Positions 10,196 through 20,298 of a DNA stretch of 64,000 nucleotides are shown here, in pieces (within the stretch, counting starts at the first letter, position 1; every line of letters begins with the position of its first letter). This DNA is from Candidatus Latescibacterota bacterium. GTDB taxonomy: Bacteria; Latescibacterota; UBA2968; UBA8231. The stretch covers positions 1,824,001-1,888,000 of the forward strand of contig OZ241889.1 in NCBI GenBank assembly GCA_965203355.1, given 5' to 3'. A program made the position numbers and the translations under genes. The notes below the pieces were generated by a model, which was not told where the DNA came from, did not search any database, and was given only the letters and a program-made list of their open reading frames with translations.

Positions 10196-11254
10196 TTATC
10201 GCTCCTGCCAGCGGCCCTGCAACTGATGCAAGCGGCGGCTTAGCTCGGCTGGCGAGGCCGTGCCCGTGGTGCCAGTCTGCTGCGTGGTAATGGAAGCGGC
10301 CAAGCAGGCTACCGCGGCCGCTTCGGTCAATTCGGCACCGCCAGCCAAGGCCGCGCAGATAGCGGCCGCGCACGTGTCTCCGGCACCGACTGGGTCGACG
10401 GGGTCGGTAAGGCGCACGGCCGGTACGTGCTCGACCGCGTGGCCATCGGCCACGAGTATTCCCTTATTGCCAAGCGTTAGAAACACCGGGCAACCAGTCT
10501 GGTCGCTGAGTAAGTGGGCGTGGTGGTGCGCTGCCTTGAGCGACAGGCTCCCGTGGCCGCCGAGCGCGGCCCAAGCCTCGCGCTGGTTGGGTTTGAGGAT
10601 GGTGCGCTTGAAGAGACCAATGTGCGTACGCGAATCGGCGATGGCCACGAGTTCAGGCTGGGAGCCGAGCGCAGTGACAATGGCGCGGCGCACGTGCGCG
10701 GTGAGAACGCCGCAATTGGCCTCGGCGACTTGGTCGATGAGCACGAGTCCGTCCCAGTGGCGCTGGCGCTGGCGGACGTGGTCGATGAGTGTGCGCTGTA
10801 GGCTGGTGGGGGTCGGACGGTGGTTTTTTACATCGAGCCGCTCTAGTTCTTCAAGGACGGGCCGCCCGCGCTGGCCAGCATTGACGTAGCAGGGCTTGCT
10901 ATAGGTCGGAGTCAAGCGGCCCGGAGCGGTTAGAAAGCCCGTCAAGTCTAGGCCGAGTTGGCGCATGGCCCGCCGCAGTTCGTAGCCTTCGCCGTCGTCG
11001 CCGCAATACCCCACGGCCTCGACTACACCCACGCCGAGGGCGCACAAGTTGGCCGCGACATTGCCAGCGGCCCCAGGTTGGCGGCGATAGCCGATCACCT
11101 GATAGCAGGTTTTGCCGGTCTCCAGCGACTTTTCGTCGAGAGCCGGGTCGCATTCGAGGTAGGAATCGAGAAAAAAGTCGCCGACCACGCCGATGCGCAG
11201 CGCGGGAAACGCTTCCACGAGGGTGTGCAGGCGAGTTGAGGACAAGTTAAACAT
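10196..11254 (-). CDS. PfkB-family carbohydrate kinase, HldE/RfaE kinase-domain-like
   Basis: VVGDFFLDSY, PGAAGNVAANL, LKPNQREA, DPVGAGD ribokinase signature. Confidence 0.88.
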   Translation of the reverse strand: MFNLSSTRLHTLVEAFPALRIGVVGDFFLDSYLECDPALDEKSLETGKTCYQVIGYRRQPGAAGNVAANLCALGVGVVEAVGYCGDDGEGYELRRAMRQLGLDLTGFLTAPGRLTPTYSKPCYVNAGQRGRPVLEELERLDVKNHRPTPTSLQRTLIDHVRQRQRHWDGLVLIDQVAEANCGVLTAHVRRAIVTALGSQPELVAIADSRTHIGLFKRTILKPNQREAWAALGGHGSLSLKAAHHHAHLLSDQTGCPVFLTLGNKGILVADGHAVEHVPAVRLTDPVDPVGAGDTCAAAICAALAGGAELTEAAAVACLAASITTQQTGTTGTASPAELSRRLHQLQGRWQER

Positions 11255-11288
11255 GGGATTGGCAGCGCAAAAGATAGGTAAGTCGGAC

Positions 11289-11317
11289 TTGATTTAGCCC
11301 CTATGGCTTCCTATTTT
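11289..11317 (+). promoter_or_regulatory. Possible sigma70 promoter for the galU operon
   Basis: TTGATT-17 nt-TATTTT in the AT-rich divergent intergenic region. Confidence 0.35.
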
Positions 11318-11375
11318 CACTGGGTGCTATTTTTAGTTATGTCCTTGATTCTCTTAAACTTAAAATAAAAAACCC

Positions 11376-12245
11376 GTGCCGATTCGCAAAGCCGTATTCC
11401 CCGTAGCCGGTTTGGGCACTCGCCTGCTGCCGGCAACTAAATCTCAGCCTAAAGAGATGCTGCCTGTTGGTTGCAAGCCCGTTGTGCAATACGTGGTTGA
11501 GGAGATGATCGAGCAGGGGCTAGACAAGTTCCTCTTTGTAACGAGCCGCAAAAAGCGCTCGATTGAGGATCACTTTGACGACGATCCAGCGCTTGCGGCG
11601 CGTTTGGGCGATAGCGCGATCGGCGAGGTTGACTACGAGGCCGAGGGCGTTGAGTTCTACTATGTGCGGCAGCGGCGGCCGGCTGGCAATGCCGATGCCG
11701 TGCGCCAGGCGAGGGAATTCGTCGGCGATGAGTCGTTTGTGGTGGGGTTTGGCGACACAATCGTCACCTCGCCGCAGGTGCCAGGCGTGGTCGGCCGGAT
11801 GATGCAGTCGCATGTCCAGCGGGGTGCGGCCGCCACTATTGCCGTATGGGAAGTGCCGCGCGAGGATACCTACAAGTACGGAGTCGTCACACCGCAAGGC
11901 AGGGTCGCCGCCGACTTTGCCATCGCCGACATTGTTGAAAAGCCATCGGTGGAAGCCGCGCCGAGTTGTCTGGCGGTTGCGGCCCGTTATATTTTTTCGC
12001 CAGAGATTTTCGCTGCCATTGACGAGATTGAGCCTAGGGCTGGCGGCGAGTTGTGGTTGACCGATGCCATCCGCGTCTTAATCCAGCGCGGGGCCGAGGT
12101 TCGCGGCATACGCCTTGCGAGCGACGAGACGCGCTACGACATAGGAACGCCGCTGACGTACTATCGAGCCTTCGCGGATTTCGCCTTGGCCGACCGGGAG
12201 TTCGGCGCGGCGTTTCGCTCGTATCTCGAGGACAAATTGGCCTAG
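11376..12245 (+). CDS. galU: UTP--glucose-1-phosphate uridylyltransferase family
   Basis: IRKAVFPVAGLGTRLLPATKSQPKEMLP, IEDHFD, IVEKPS, GGELWLTDAI, RYDIG. Confidence 0.88.
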   Translation: MPIRKAVFPVAGLGTRLLPATKSQPKEMLPVGCKPVVQYVVEEMIEQGLDKFLFVTSRKKRSIEDHFDDDPALAARLGDSAIGEVDYEAEGVEFYYVRQRRPAGNADAVRQAREFVGDESFVVGFGDTIVTSPQVPGVVGRMMQSHVQRGAAATIAVWEVPREDTYKYGVVTPQGRVAADFAIADIVEKPSVEAAPSCLAVAARYIFSPEIFAAIDEIEPRAGGELWLTDAIRVLIQRGAEVRGIRLASDETRYDIGTPLTYYRAFADFALADREFGAAFRSYLEDKLA

Positions 12246-12254
12246 GCAGATGCC

Positions 12255-13529
12255 ATGAAAGTAAAGCTCGACTATGGCCGCGACGGCCTCGAAATCGAAG
12301 TGCCCGACTCGGCCGAGGTATTGCAAATGGCGCCAAGTGAGGGACTTGACCGGATTGAGGAGCGGATTGAGCATGCGCTGAATCATCCGATAGGGACTCC
12401 GTCTTTGCGGCGGCTGGCGCGCGGGCGCAAAAACGCCTGCGTAGTAATTGCCGATATTACTCGCCCGGTCCCCAACGCCGTCATTTTGCCGCCCATGCTG
12501 CGGATTCTCGAAGAGGAAGGCATGGCCCGCGAGGATATTACCCTGTTGGTCGGCACCGGCCTACACCGGCCCAACGAAGGCGAGGAATTGGTCCAGCTCG
12601 TCGGAGCCGATATCGCGCACAACTATCGCATTGTCAACCACACCGCCCGCCACCGCGAAACTCTGACGTATTTGGGGGAAACCTCGGGCGGTGCGCCCAT
12701 ATGGATCGCCGCGCTCTACGTGGAGGCCGACCTAAAAATCGCTACCTCGCTAATTGAGCCACACTTAATGGCCGGGTACTCGGGGGGCCGCAAGGCCATC
12801 TGCCCGGGATTGATGGGCATTGAGACGATGCGCGTCCTGCACGGCCCTGAGTTGTTGAGCCATCCCCGGGCTTGCGAAGGTTCCATTGAGGGAAATCCTT
12901 TCCATCGCCAAGCCCTTGAAGTCGCGCAGCGCGCTGGGGTTGATTTTACATTTAATGTAGCTATGAACGACCAACGACAAATCACCGGCCTGTTCTGCGG
13001 CGACCTAGAGAAAGCCCATGCCGAAGGGGCGCGCTTTGTCGAGCGGCAGAATGGCGTCTTGGTTGACGAGCCGGTTGACATTGCGATTACTAGCAGTGCT
13101 GGTTGGCCACTCGACCTGACTTTTTACCAAGCTGTCAAGGGCCTTACGGCGGTATTGCCCATCGTCAAAGAGGGCGGGACGATCCTCATGGCTGCGCGCT
13201 GCGCCGAGGGGTTGGGTAGTTCTGAATTTGCGGAGATGCTGCTCGGCGCATCCGATGCCGCTGAATTCGCGGGTCGCCTTGCGGACCCCGACTTCTTCGC
13301 CATCGATCAATGGCAGTTGCAGGAGTTGTGCAAGGTGCTCGATAAGGCCGAGGTCATGTTCTACTCGGAAGGTATTGAACCTCAGTACCGCGACAAAGTG
13401 TGGGTCGAGGTCATTCCCTCTGTGGAGTATGGGCTAGCCGGGGCCCTAGCGCGGCACGGTGCCGGGGTGTGCATAGCGGTCGTGCCCCAAGGCCCTTACG
13501 TACTCACGCAAACCAAAGGAGGGCCCTGA
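12255..13529 (+). CDS. larA: Nickel-pincer-dependent lactate racemase family protein (LarA superfamily)
   Basis: PIGTPSL, VIADITRP, GTGLHR, PHLMAGYSGGRKAICPG, YQAVKG, GGTIL..A.C.EGLG. Confidence 0.88.
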   Translation: MKVKLDYGRDGLEIEVPDSAEVLQMAPSEGLDRIEERIEHALNHPIGTPSLRRLARGRKNACVVIADITRPVPNAVILPPMLRILEEEGMAREDITLLVGTGLHRPNEGEELVQLVGADIAHNYRIVNHTARHRETLTYLGETSGGAPIWIAALYVEADLKIATSLIEPHLMAGYSGGRKAICPGLMGIETMRVLHGPELLSHPRACEGSIEGNPFHRQALEVAQRAGVDFTFNVAMNDQRQITGLFCGDLEKAHAEGARFVERQNGVLVDEPVDIAITSSAGWPLDLTFYQAVKGLTAVLPIVKEGGTILMAARCAEGLGSSEFAEMLLGASDAAEFAGRLADPDFFAIDQWQLQELCKVLDKAEVMFYSEGIEPQYRDKVWVEVIPSVEYGLAGALARHGAGVCIAVVPQGPYVLTQTKGGP

Positions 13530-14596
13530 TGTCCGCTAGACACAGGTGGTTTTTGCGTGGAGGACTTGCTTTGTTGGCCGCGCTGTACTGGGGGACAAAC
13601 GAGGGAGCGGCTGTGGTGCCGATTATGGGGTTGGGCGAGCAAGAAGAAGCGGAGGAAGCATCCGAGGATTCGGTGGGCCGCGACAGCGCGATCTCAGAGG
13701 ATCTGAAGCAGCGGCTGCTCTTCATGCCCTTTCGCGACAAGTCGAAATACAAAGGCGAGTGGGACATATACTCAGCTATCCCCCGCGGCTTGGCCGATTC
13801 GCTGCGCGGCAGTGCCTTTTTCAGCACCGTGTCTATTGATTCAGCGCTCGTGCGGCTCAAAAAGAAAGAGCTGCAAGGCAAGCTCGATGTCGAACGCGCC
13901 TTGGCCGTTGGCCGCGCGGTGAATGCCGACTACGTCGTCTTAGGGCAGATCGACGAGATGAGCATGAAGCGCTTCCGCGCCACCGTGCCCATCGGCGGTT
14001 ATCGCAGCTATCAGGGCCTGACCACGGTGCGACTGTATCCCTATAAGGTCATCGATGGGGAGCCAGCCGGTGAGGTGATACGGGAAGTAGCTGAGGATAG
14101 CAAGCGCTATGGGATTACCAATCCGGCGGCGTTCGTGCCACTAGAAAAGGAGTACTTCCTGCTAGGCCAGATAGAGTGGGGTAGCGAGGAATTCCACAAC
14201 ACCTTGCTGGGCAAGTCGGTGAGCCGATGTCTGGACCACTTGGCCGCCGGGCTAGACAGCCTCATCCAACCCCCGGCCGCGCTCAAGGTTTCCGAGCCGA
14301 AAATCATCGAGGTGGTGGCTGATACCGTGCGGGCTGATACCAATGTGCTAGTGCGGTTGAGTGCTTATATTAACGTAGGATTAGCCGATTCAGTGCAGAA
14401 AGGCAACAAGTACGGCGTGTGGGACAAGGGGCGGGAACTGAAAGACCCGGATACCGGCGAGGTATTGGGAACGTCCCTGCCGCGCCGGGTCGGCGTCGTG
14501 CAAGTCGAACAGGTGCTCAGCCAACACCTGTCGCTGGTGAGGATTCTGCAAGGGGAAGACGCCGTGCAAAAGGACTACGGAATTCGCGCCGAATAA
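13529..14596 (+). CDS. Exported protein, CsgG/TolB_N-like N-domain plus FlgT-C-like domain
   Basis: ATG overlaps the larA stop; signal peptide; A..VGRAVNADYVVLGQI (CsgG/TolB_N-like); YINVG..DSVQKG...ELKDPDTGEVLG (FlgT_C-like). Confidence 0.6.
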   Translation: MSARHRWFLRGGLALLAALYWGTNEGAAVVPIMGLGEQEEAEEASEDSVGRDSAISEDLKQRLLFMPFRDKSKYKGEWDIYSAIPRGLADSLRGSAFFSTVSIDSALVRLKKKELQGKLDVERALAVGRAVNADYVVLGQIDEMSMKRFRATVPIGGYRSYQGLTTVRLYPYKVIDGEPAGEVIREVAEDSKRYGITNPAAFVPLEKEYFLLGQIEWGSEEFHNTLLGKSVSRCLDHLAAGLDSLIQPPAALKVSEPKIIEVVADTVRADTNVLVRLSAYINVGLADSVQKGNKYGVWDKGRELKDPDTGEVLGTSLPRRVGVVQVEQVLSQHLSLVRILQGEDAVQKDYGIRAE

Positions 14597-14603
14597 GGTC
14601 GCT

Positions 14604-15062
14604 ATGAACCCACTACAAACGACATGGACCACGCGCTTGATCCTGCTGCTAGTCGCCGCTAGTGAAGTTGGCAGTAGTCAGATTCAGGATCTGCTGGAGG
14701 ACAGCCGCGTTTTCTACGTCTTCTCGCCCGATAGGGCCCCGCAGCACCAGCGGGTCTTGCAGCTATGGCAGCAGTTGGGTGCTCAAGAGGCCGAGCAGCG
14801 GTTTGTCGCCATTGCCCGCGAAGGACAAGTGCCGATGGTCAAAGGGCTGACTCTGTGGTCCGCCGCGCTGGCCGGGCAGTCCCCGGAAGTACCCGCGTAC
14901 CTCAAAGCGCGGCTGGCCGCCGACGGGGATTATTTTGCAGCCGTAGATAGCACGGGTACTATGCGCTTGGCCGGGCCGGGCCAAGACCTACTGATGCTGC
15001 AATCCATATCCACGGAAGTGGACGAAAGCACTTGGGGCAAGGTAAAGGACCTGTTCAAATAG
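14604..15062 (+). CDS. Small exported hypothetical protein with C-terminal TWGxxK tail
   Basis: N-terminal hydrophobic segment; ends STEVDESTWGKVKDLFK. Confidence 0.7.
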   Translation: MNPLQTTWTTRLILLLVAASEVGSSQIQDLLEDSRVFYVFSPDRAPQHQRVLQLWQQLGAQEAEQRFVAIAREGQVPMVKGLTLWSAALAGQSPEVPAYLKARLAADGDYFAAVDSTGTMRLAGPGQDLLMLQSISTEVDESTWGKVKDLFK

Positions 15063-15066
15063 GCCT

Positions 15067-15750
15067 ATGTCTGCCGCGGCTGAGCATAGAGACTTTTCCA
15101 TCAAGCGCATCAATGCTTTCGCCTGCGGTGCTCGCTTGCTCGCGGCAGGTGCTATGCGCTATCACCGCTTGGCAGTCGAGGGTGGCCGCAATCTGCCGTG
15201 TGCGGGGCCGGCCCTGATTTTGCCCAAGCATTGCGCGTACCGCGACATTCTACTCGAAGGCGTCTTGTTGTACAGGCTCACTCGGCGCTATGCCAACTAC
15301 ATTATGAAGGTTGGGCTGTGGGGGGTACTGGAGTGGATGGGGGGGGTCAAGGTGGTGAGGCCCAAAGACATCAGGCGGATCGCCGACCGAGAGCAACGCC
15401 GCGCCGAGATCCGGCGGGCCCGAGCAGCCAACCAACAGATGCAAGTTTATTTAGATGGGCTGTACCAGTGCGGGGAATTGGTCGTCTCGCACCCGGAAGG
15501 CATGCGTTATCAAGGCAAGTTGGGGCCCCTGCAAAAGGAAGTCGTCGAGCACTTGGTACAGGCCGAAGATCGGTTGGGGATGCGCGTACCGTTGATTCCC
15601 ATCGGACTGAATTACGATAGCTACACTCGGCCTGGGGCGCGGGTGTACTTTCGGGTTGACGAACCGCTCTACGCGGATTCCTTTGCCAATATCAACGAGT
15701 TGATGAGTCATCTCAGCAATCGCCTGCGGGTGCTCAGCGGCTTGGCCTGA
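15067..15750 (+). CDS. PlsC-like lysophospholipid acyltransferase
   Basis: PKHCAYRD (HxxxxD), HPEGMR, VPLIPIGLNY motifs. Confidence 0.8.
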   Translation: MSAAAEHRDFSIKRINAFACGARLLAAGAMRYHRLAVEGGRNLPCAGPALILPKHCAYRDILLEGVLLYRLTRRYANYIMKVGLWGVLEWMGGVKVVRPKDIRRIADREQRRAEIRRARAANQQMQVYLDGLYQCGELVVSHPEGMRYQGKLGPLQKEVVEHLVQAEDRLGMRVPLIPIGLNYDSYTRPGARVYFRVDEPLYADSFANINELMSHLSNRLRVLSGLA

Positions 15751-15783
15751 TGGGCTGGGACAATAACTCAGCAAGGAGACTAC

Positions 15784-16956
15784 ATGTTCAAACTTGTATT
15801 GGTTTTAGCCGTCGCGGTCGCAGGATGCGGCTCGAATCAAGTTAAAATCGAGATCAAGGGCGGAGACGGCCAATTCGTGCGCTTAGACGCCAATGACGTC
15901 CAATACAAATTCAACCGCTTGGTCAAAGCCGGAACCTACATCCTGCCCGAGCCGGATAGCAAAATCGAATTGGACGGAGGTGCGTACGCCGTCAAGGTCT
16001 CCGCCGGGGATTATCTGGGGAACAAGGTCTTGCAAGTGGAATCGCCGCCACTATGGGGCGTGCGGACCTACGAGGCAATATTTGACATTCCCGCTGGTAG
16101 CAATACCGCTTTTAAGCGCGAGGGCACGATCCTCTACGCTTCGACCAAGAAAGACGTCCGCGACTGGGACTTGTTTACCATCAAGGCCGATGGCAGCGCC
16201 CGTCGGCAACTAACCCACACTCCTGAACCCGAGCAGCACCCGTCTTGGTCGCCCGACGGTGAGAAGATCCTCTTCACCCGCGGCGACGTAATGAGTAACA
16301 TCGACCTCTACGTCATGGATGCCGACAACTCTAATGTCGTGCGCCTGACCGAACATCCCGAACGCGACCAGCGCGGCGTTTTTTCGCCCGATGGCGCGAC
16401 CATTGCCTTCGTCAGTGAGCGCGATGGCTATGTGGCCGTCTGGCTCATGGACGCCGACGGGTCCAACCCGCGCAAGTTGGTTCAAGGCGACCAGCCTTCG
16501 TTTTCGCCCGATGGTCGCCGCATTGCCTTTACTTCTTCAGCTTTCGACGATAACGACGAGATTTACCTCATTGATCTCGACGGGTCGAATCGGACTCGCC
16601 TCACCGAGAATCGGCGCAAGATCGACTGGTTTGCATCGTTTTCGCCCAAAGGCGATCGCTTGGCTTACAACTCGGAGGAATTTGGCGGCGAAGAACTGAT
16701 GCTGATGCGGGCCGACGGGCAAGGGAAGACCCGCATCTCCATTGCCGAGAAGACCTATGAGCAAGAGCCGGTTTGGTCGCCCGATGGCAAGGGACTAGCG
16801 TATGCGGGCAAGATGGGCGACGACGAATACGACATTTACTTGGTCGGAACGGCTGGATTTGACTTGGACGAGATGGACGCGCCGCCACTGATGCCCATCA
16901 ATCTGACCGACAATGACGACCGCAACGATATGTCGCCGAGCTGGCGTCCCCACTGA
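15784..16956 (+). CDS. TolB-like PD40 beta-propeller lipoprotein
   Basis: Lipobox VAGC, RBS AAGGAG, repeated P.(W/F)SPDG..I.F motifs. Confidence 0.88.
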   Translation: MFKLVLVLAVAVAGCGSNQVKIEIKGGDGQFVRLDANDVQYKFNRLVKAGTYILPEPDSKIELDGGAYAVKVSAGDYLGNKVLQVESPPLWGVRTYEAIFDIPAGSNTAFKREGTILYASTKKDVRDWDLFTIKADGSARRQLTHTPEPEQHPSWSPDGEKILFTRGDVMSNIDLYVMDADNSNVVRLTEHPERDQRGVFSPDGATIAFVSERDGYVAVWLMDADGSNPRKLVQGDQPSFSPDGRRIAFTSSAFDDNDEIYLIDLDGSNRTRLTENRRKIDWFASFSPKGDRLAYNSEEFGGEELMLMRADGQGKTRISIAEKTYEQEPVWSPDGKGLAYAGKMGDDEYDIYLVGTAGFDLDEMDAPPLMPINLTDNDDRNDMSPSWRPH

Positions 16957-16962
16957 TCCAAC

Positions 16963-18573
16963 ATGCAAACGAAGGGGGCTAAGGGCGCTTTTTATCTCTA
17001 TATCGTCCTCGCCTTAGGGCTAGCCCTACGGTTTGTAAACCTGCAAGATCCCCTGACTGACAAGCAGGCTTGGCGCCAGACGGACACGGCCGCTATAGCC
17101 CGCAATTTTTACGAGGAAGGGTATTCTCTCTTCTATCCGCGCGTTGATTGGCGCGGTACCACTGCTGGGTATGTGGAGACGAATTTTCCGCTATACCCCT
17201 TTGTCGTTGCCCTACTTTACGCCGCTGCCGACGGTTCCTATGAGTGGATCGGGCGGCTCGTGGCCGCGCTGTGCTCGACAGCGGCGGCGGTACCGCTCTA
17301 TTGGCTGGGACTGCGATTGGGCTTGGGGTGGCTGGGTGCGCTACTAGCGGCACTGCTCTATTTGCTTTTTCCCATGAGCATCTACTACGGGCGCACCTTT
17401 ATGCCCGAAGCGCTGATGATTCTTTTAAGCGTGGGGTCGCTTTGGGCTTTCGCACGGTGGATTGACAGCGGTCGCCGATGGGACTTCGCGCTGGCTGTCC
17501 TGCTGGCCGCTCTGTGTTTTCTCGTCAAAATACCTACTCTCTATCTCGGCTTTCCGTTGATCACCTTAGCTTGGCTGCGCTGGGGGTGGCGCTTCGCCTT
17601 CAAGCCCGTGCTTTGGCTCTATCTCGTGTTAGCCTTGGCACCTGCCGCGCTTTGGTATTGGCACGCTAGTCTGCTCTTTGAGGAGACCGGCCTGACGTTT
17701 GGTATCTGGAATCGCTACGGCTATGATAAATGGGATCGCAGCGTACTTTTTACGGTTGATTTTTATTTGACGCTGTCAGAGCGCTTTTGGCACAGCGTCT
17801 ATACGCCTGTGGGGGTGGCCCTAGTTTTGGCTGGGCTCGCCCTCGCGCCTAGCCAACGGCGCGAATGGACGCTCTGGGTGTGGATGGGAGGGCTGGTGCT
17901 CTACGTCTTTGTGGTCCCTGAAGGCAATCGCAGGCTACACTACTACCAACTACCCTTTGCTCCGGTTGGGGCCCTTATTGCTGGGCGGGTGCTCGAAGCC
18001 ATTATTAGGGCAGATGCTACAGCGGTGAGATGGTGTCGGTTCGCACGGAACTGGAAATACCACTGGCGTATCGTGTTAGTATGTACCTTGATCGTTGGGG
18101 TCGCCGCCTGTAGTAATTGGGCGGTGAGGCCGTATTACGCGCAGCCCAACAATTGGCACAACTACTACCAAAGCTGCCATTTGGTGGGGCGGATACTCGA
18201 CGCCAAGTTGCCGCAGGATGCGCTGTTGGTCATCGGCGACGAGGACGAAAACACCGGGGTACCGCACCGGTCGCAAAGCCCGACTTTGCTCTACTACTGC
18301 CATCGCAAGGGCTGGCAAATAACCCCAGACGACTTTGCGCCCGCCCGGCTCGACAGCCTCGCAGCCGAGGGCGCGGACTATTTCCTTGTAGCGGCTGGTT
18401 TTGTTGTGGGAAACGAGTTTTTTTGGCAAGATCTCTTGCGCCGAGGCGTGACGATCCCTTCGGCATACCCGCGCCAGTGGCACGACGAAGCAGAGTTTAT
18501 GCACTTCGTCAGCCGGCAACCAAGACAAGATCGGCACTTCATCCTCGTATCTCTCGCGAGTCGCGGCGAGTAG
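16963..18573 (+). CDS. GT-C fold glycosyltransferase (ArnT/GT39, PMT_2 family)
   Basis: Polytopic membrane protein; WRQTDTAAIARNF, ETNFPLY, RTFMPE, HYYQLP. Confidence 0.85.
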   Translation: MQTKGAKGAFYLYIVLALGLALRFVNLQDPLTDKQAWRQTDTAAIARNFYEEGYSLFYPRVDWRGTTAGYVETNFPLYPFVVALLYAAADGSYEWIGRLVAALCSTAAAVPLYWLGLRLGLGWLGALLAALLYLLFPMSIYYGRTFMPEALMILLSVGSLWAFARWIDSGRRWDFALAVLLAALCFLVKIPTLYLGFPLITLAWLRWGWRFAFKPVLWLYLVLALAPAALWYWHASLLFEETGLTFGIWNRYGYDKWDRSVLFTVDFYLTLSERFWHSVYTPVGVALVLAGLALAPSQRREWTLWVWMGGLVLYVFVVPEGNRRLHYYQLPFAPVGALIAGRVLEAIIRADATAVRWCRFARNWKYHWRIVLVCTLIVGVAACSNWAVRPYYAQPNNWHNYYQSCHLVGRILDAKLPQDALLVIGDEDENTGVPHRSQSPTLLYYCHRKGWQITPDDFAPARLDSLAAEGADYFLVAAGFVVGNEFFWQDLLRRGVTIPSAYPRQWHDEAEFMHFVSRQPRQDRHFILVSLASRGE

Positions 18574-18606
18574 TTGACAGCAGCCAAGTGCCTATATTAG
18601 TATAAT
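18574..18606 (+). promoter_or_regulatory. Probable sigma70 promoter
   Basis: TTGACA at 18574 followed by an AT-rich TATATTAGTATAAT block (TAGTAT at 18-nt spacing, TATAAT at 21-nt spacing). Confidence 0.5.
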
Positions 18607-18658
18607 GTTTATATCCTTGGCTCTTAGGTAGTTATCCGTTCGTCCCGAGGAGGGAAAG

Positions 18659-19351
18659 ATGGCGTCGAAAGTCGAATACACACAGGTGCGAAAGTGGTTT
18701 CTGGTCGGTATAGCAGCCGTTGTGGCTGGCTGTGCCACGACCGGAGGCAGCGGAGGCGGTTATAGTCTGCGTCTGCCGCCCATTCCCGAGGGCAAGGGTC
18801 GGCTCATGTTGGAGACGGGTAGGATCAACGAGGTCAATTACTATGTCCTCGACGGAGAGACTGGCGAGGAAATTTACTCGGAATCGCCGCGCATGGCTGC
18901 GAGTTCTCCCATAGGGTACGAGACCGGCTATCGCTCTCTACCGCAATTTGTCGATCTGGACCCTGGCAGATACACCGTTGTGGTCAATACGGATATCGAC
19001 GACAGCGTTGAGAAAGAAGTCGAAGTCCTAATGGGACAGGAAATGTACGCGACTATACCCATCGGCCGGTTTCAGGTCATTTTTTCTGATGCGCAGGGCC
19101 GCAGTCAGGTGCCGTTCTTAATTTTTGATTACAATTTGCGGACTATGCTAGGTCGGGGTATGACCTCAACAGAGGTGCGCTATTTTATTATGCCCGTGGG
19201 CGAATACAAGGTGAGGATTGAAAATTCTCCCACTGGTTCGGACGAAATCAGGCCCGTACAGATCAGCATGGGACAGACCCAAAACATTATCATCGGACCG
19301 CTGCCCTCGCCGGCACAACCGGGCGAAACCGGGAGCGAAGGGGCCGAATAG
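18659..19351 (+). CDS. Hypothetical lipoprotein with two beta-sandwich repeats
   Basis: RBS GAGGAGG, lipobox VAGC, two GRL/GRF...PG.Y.V repeats. Confidence 0.7.
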   Translation: MASKVEYTQVRKWFLVGIAAVVAGCATTGGSGGGYSLRLPPIPEGKGRLMLETGRINEVNYYVLDGETGEEIYSESPRMAASSPIGYETGYRSLPQFVDLDPGRYTVVVNTDIDDSVEKEVEVLMGQEMYATIPIGRFQVIFSDAQGRSQVPFLIFDYNLRTMLGRGMTSTEVRYFIMPVGEYKVRIENSPTGSDEIRPVQISMGQTQNIIIGPLPSPAQPGETGSEGAE

Positions 19352-19377
19352 CCTTAGGCTTATCGCGGAGTAATACC

Positions 19378-20286
19378 ATGCAGCGCAAAGAACTATGGGG
19401 TGGAATTGCACTCTTGGCCGCGCTATGGGTATCGGTCAGTGGCGTGGCCGCGTCCTCTCTCAAGGCGACCGTTATCGATCGCTACGGCAATCAACACCAA
19501 GTAGATAAGTTCACCTTTCAGGGGCGTCAGGATTTGGAAATTTACGTCCAAGGGCAACGTCGGTTGGTGGAACTAGTCAGGGTGGATCGGGTGCGCTTTG
19601 AAGGGGAACGCAGCGACGAAGAACAGCGCGTCGTGCTTGTGTTCCGCAACGGTGTTCAAGAAGCGGGCTTGATGGTGACGGGTGGCTCTACTTCGCCTCA
19701 CCAAGATGCGGTTGGTGGAGGGAGTAGTGGGCGTCGCTTCTCTGGGGTGACCAAACTGGGGCCGTTTTTCATTCTCGCCAGCGATGTGCAAGAGATTGTC
19801 TTGCGCCACCCCGTCGGCGAGGAGCCACCCGATGAAAAAATTCTCAAGGCCACGATCATCACGATGAATGGCCGGCGCTTTGATGTGGAAAATTTGCGCT
19901 TTCATGGCAAGCAGCGCCTTGATTTTCTTAAGGGCCGCAACAAGCGCTTTATTCCCCTAGACAAGGTGGCGCGAATTGACTTTGAAGACGGCGGAACGGG
20001 TGATGAGTTCAGGCCGATAACGGCGACCTATTGGTCGGGAAAAACCGTTATGGGCACGGTCGAGGCGAGCCTAGTGCGCCTTTCGGGCGAGACCGACAAG
20101 AGCTATTTCGAGCGCGTCAACCGGGCTTTTACAGGTGTCGTGGGTTCGAGTCCATTTGCGATTGGTATGCGCGATGTGAAGCATATTCGCTTTCGGCAAG
20201 ATAAGGACGAGGATGCTGAAGGTGGTGCTGACGACGCTGATAACGCCGGAAACGTTGCTAATGACACCGCCGGAGATTCTCAATAA
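19378..20286 (+). CDS. Exported hypothetical protein with an internal tandem domain duplication
   Basis: Signal peptide; LKATVIDRYGNQHQV.. and LKATIITMNGRRFDV.. halves; acidic tail. Confidence 0.7.
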   Translation: MQRKELWGGIALLAALWVSVSGVAASSLKATVIDRYGNQHQVDKFTFQGRQDLEIYVQGQRRLVELVRVDRVRFEGERSDEEQRVVLVFRNGVQEAGLMVTGGSTSPHQDAVGGGSSGRRFSGVTKLGPFFILASDVQEIVLRHPVGEEPPDEKILKATIITMNGRRFDVENLRFHGKQRLDFLKGRNKRFIPLDKVARIDFEDGGTGDEFRPITATYWSGKTVMGTVEASLVRLSGETDKSYFERVNRAFTGVVGSSPFAIGMRDVKHIRFRQDKDEDAEGGADDADNAGNVANDTAGDSQ

Positions 20287-20298
20287 GTTCCTTGCGTA

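Noticed and set aside
19359-19372. TTATCGCGGAGT, similar to the inner arm of the inversion sites
   Set aside because: It has an insertion, lacks the TGCCCC spacer and partner arm, and is explained by the RBS of 19378.
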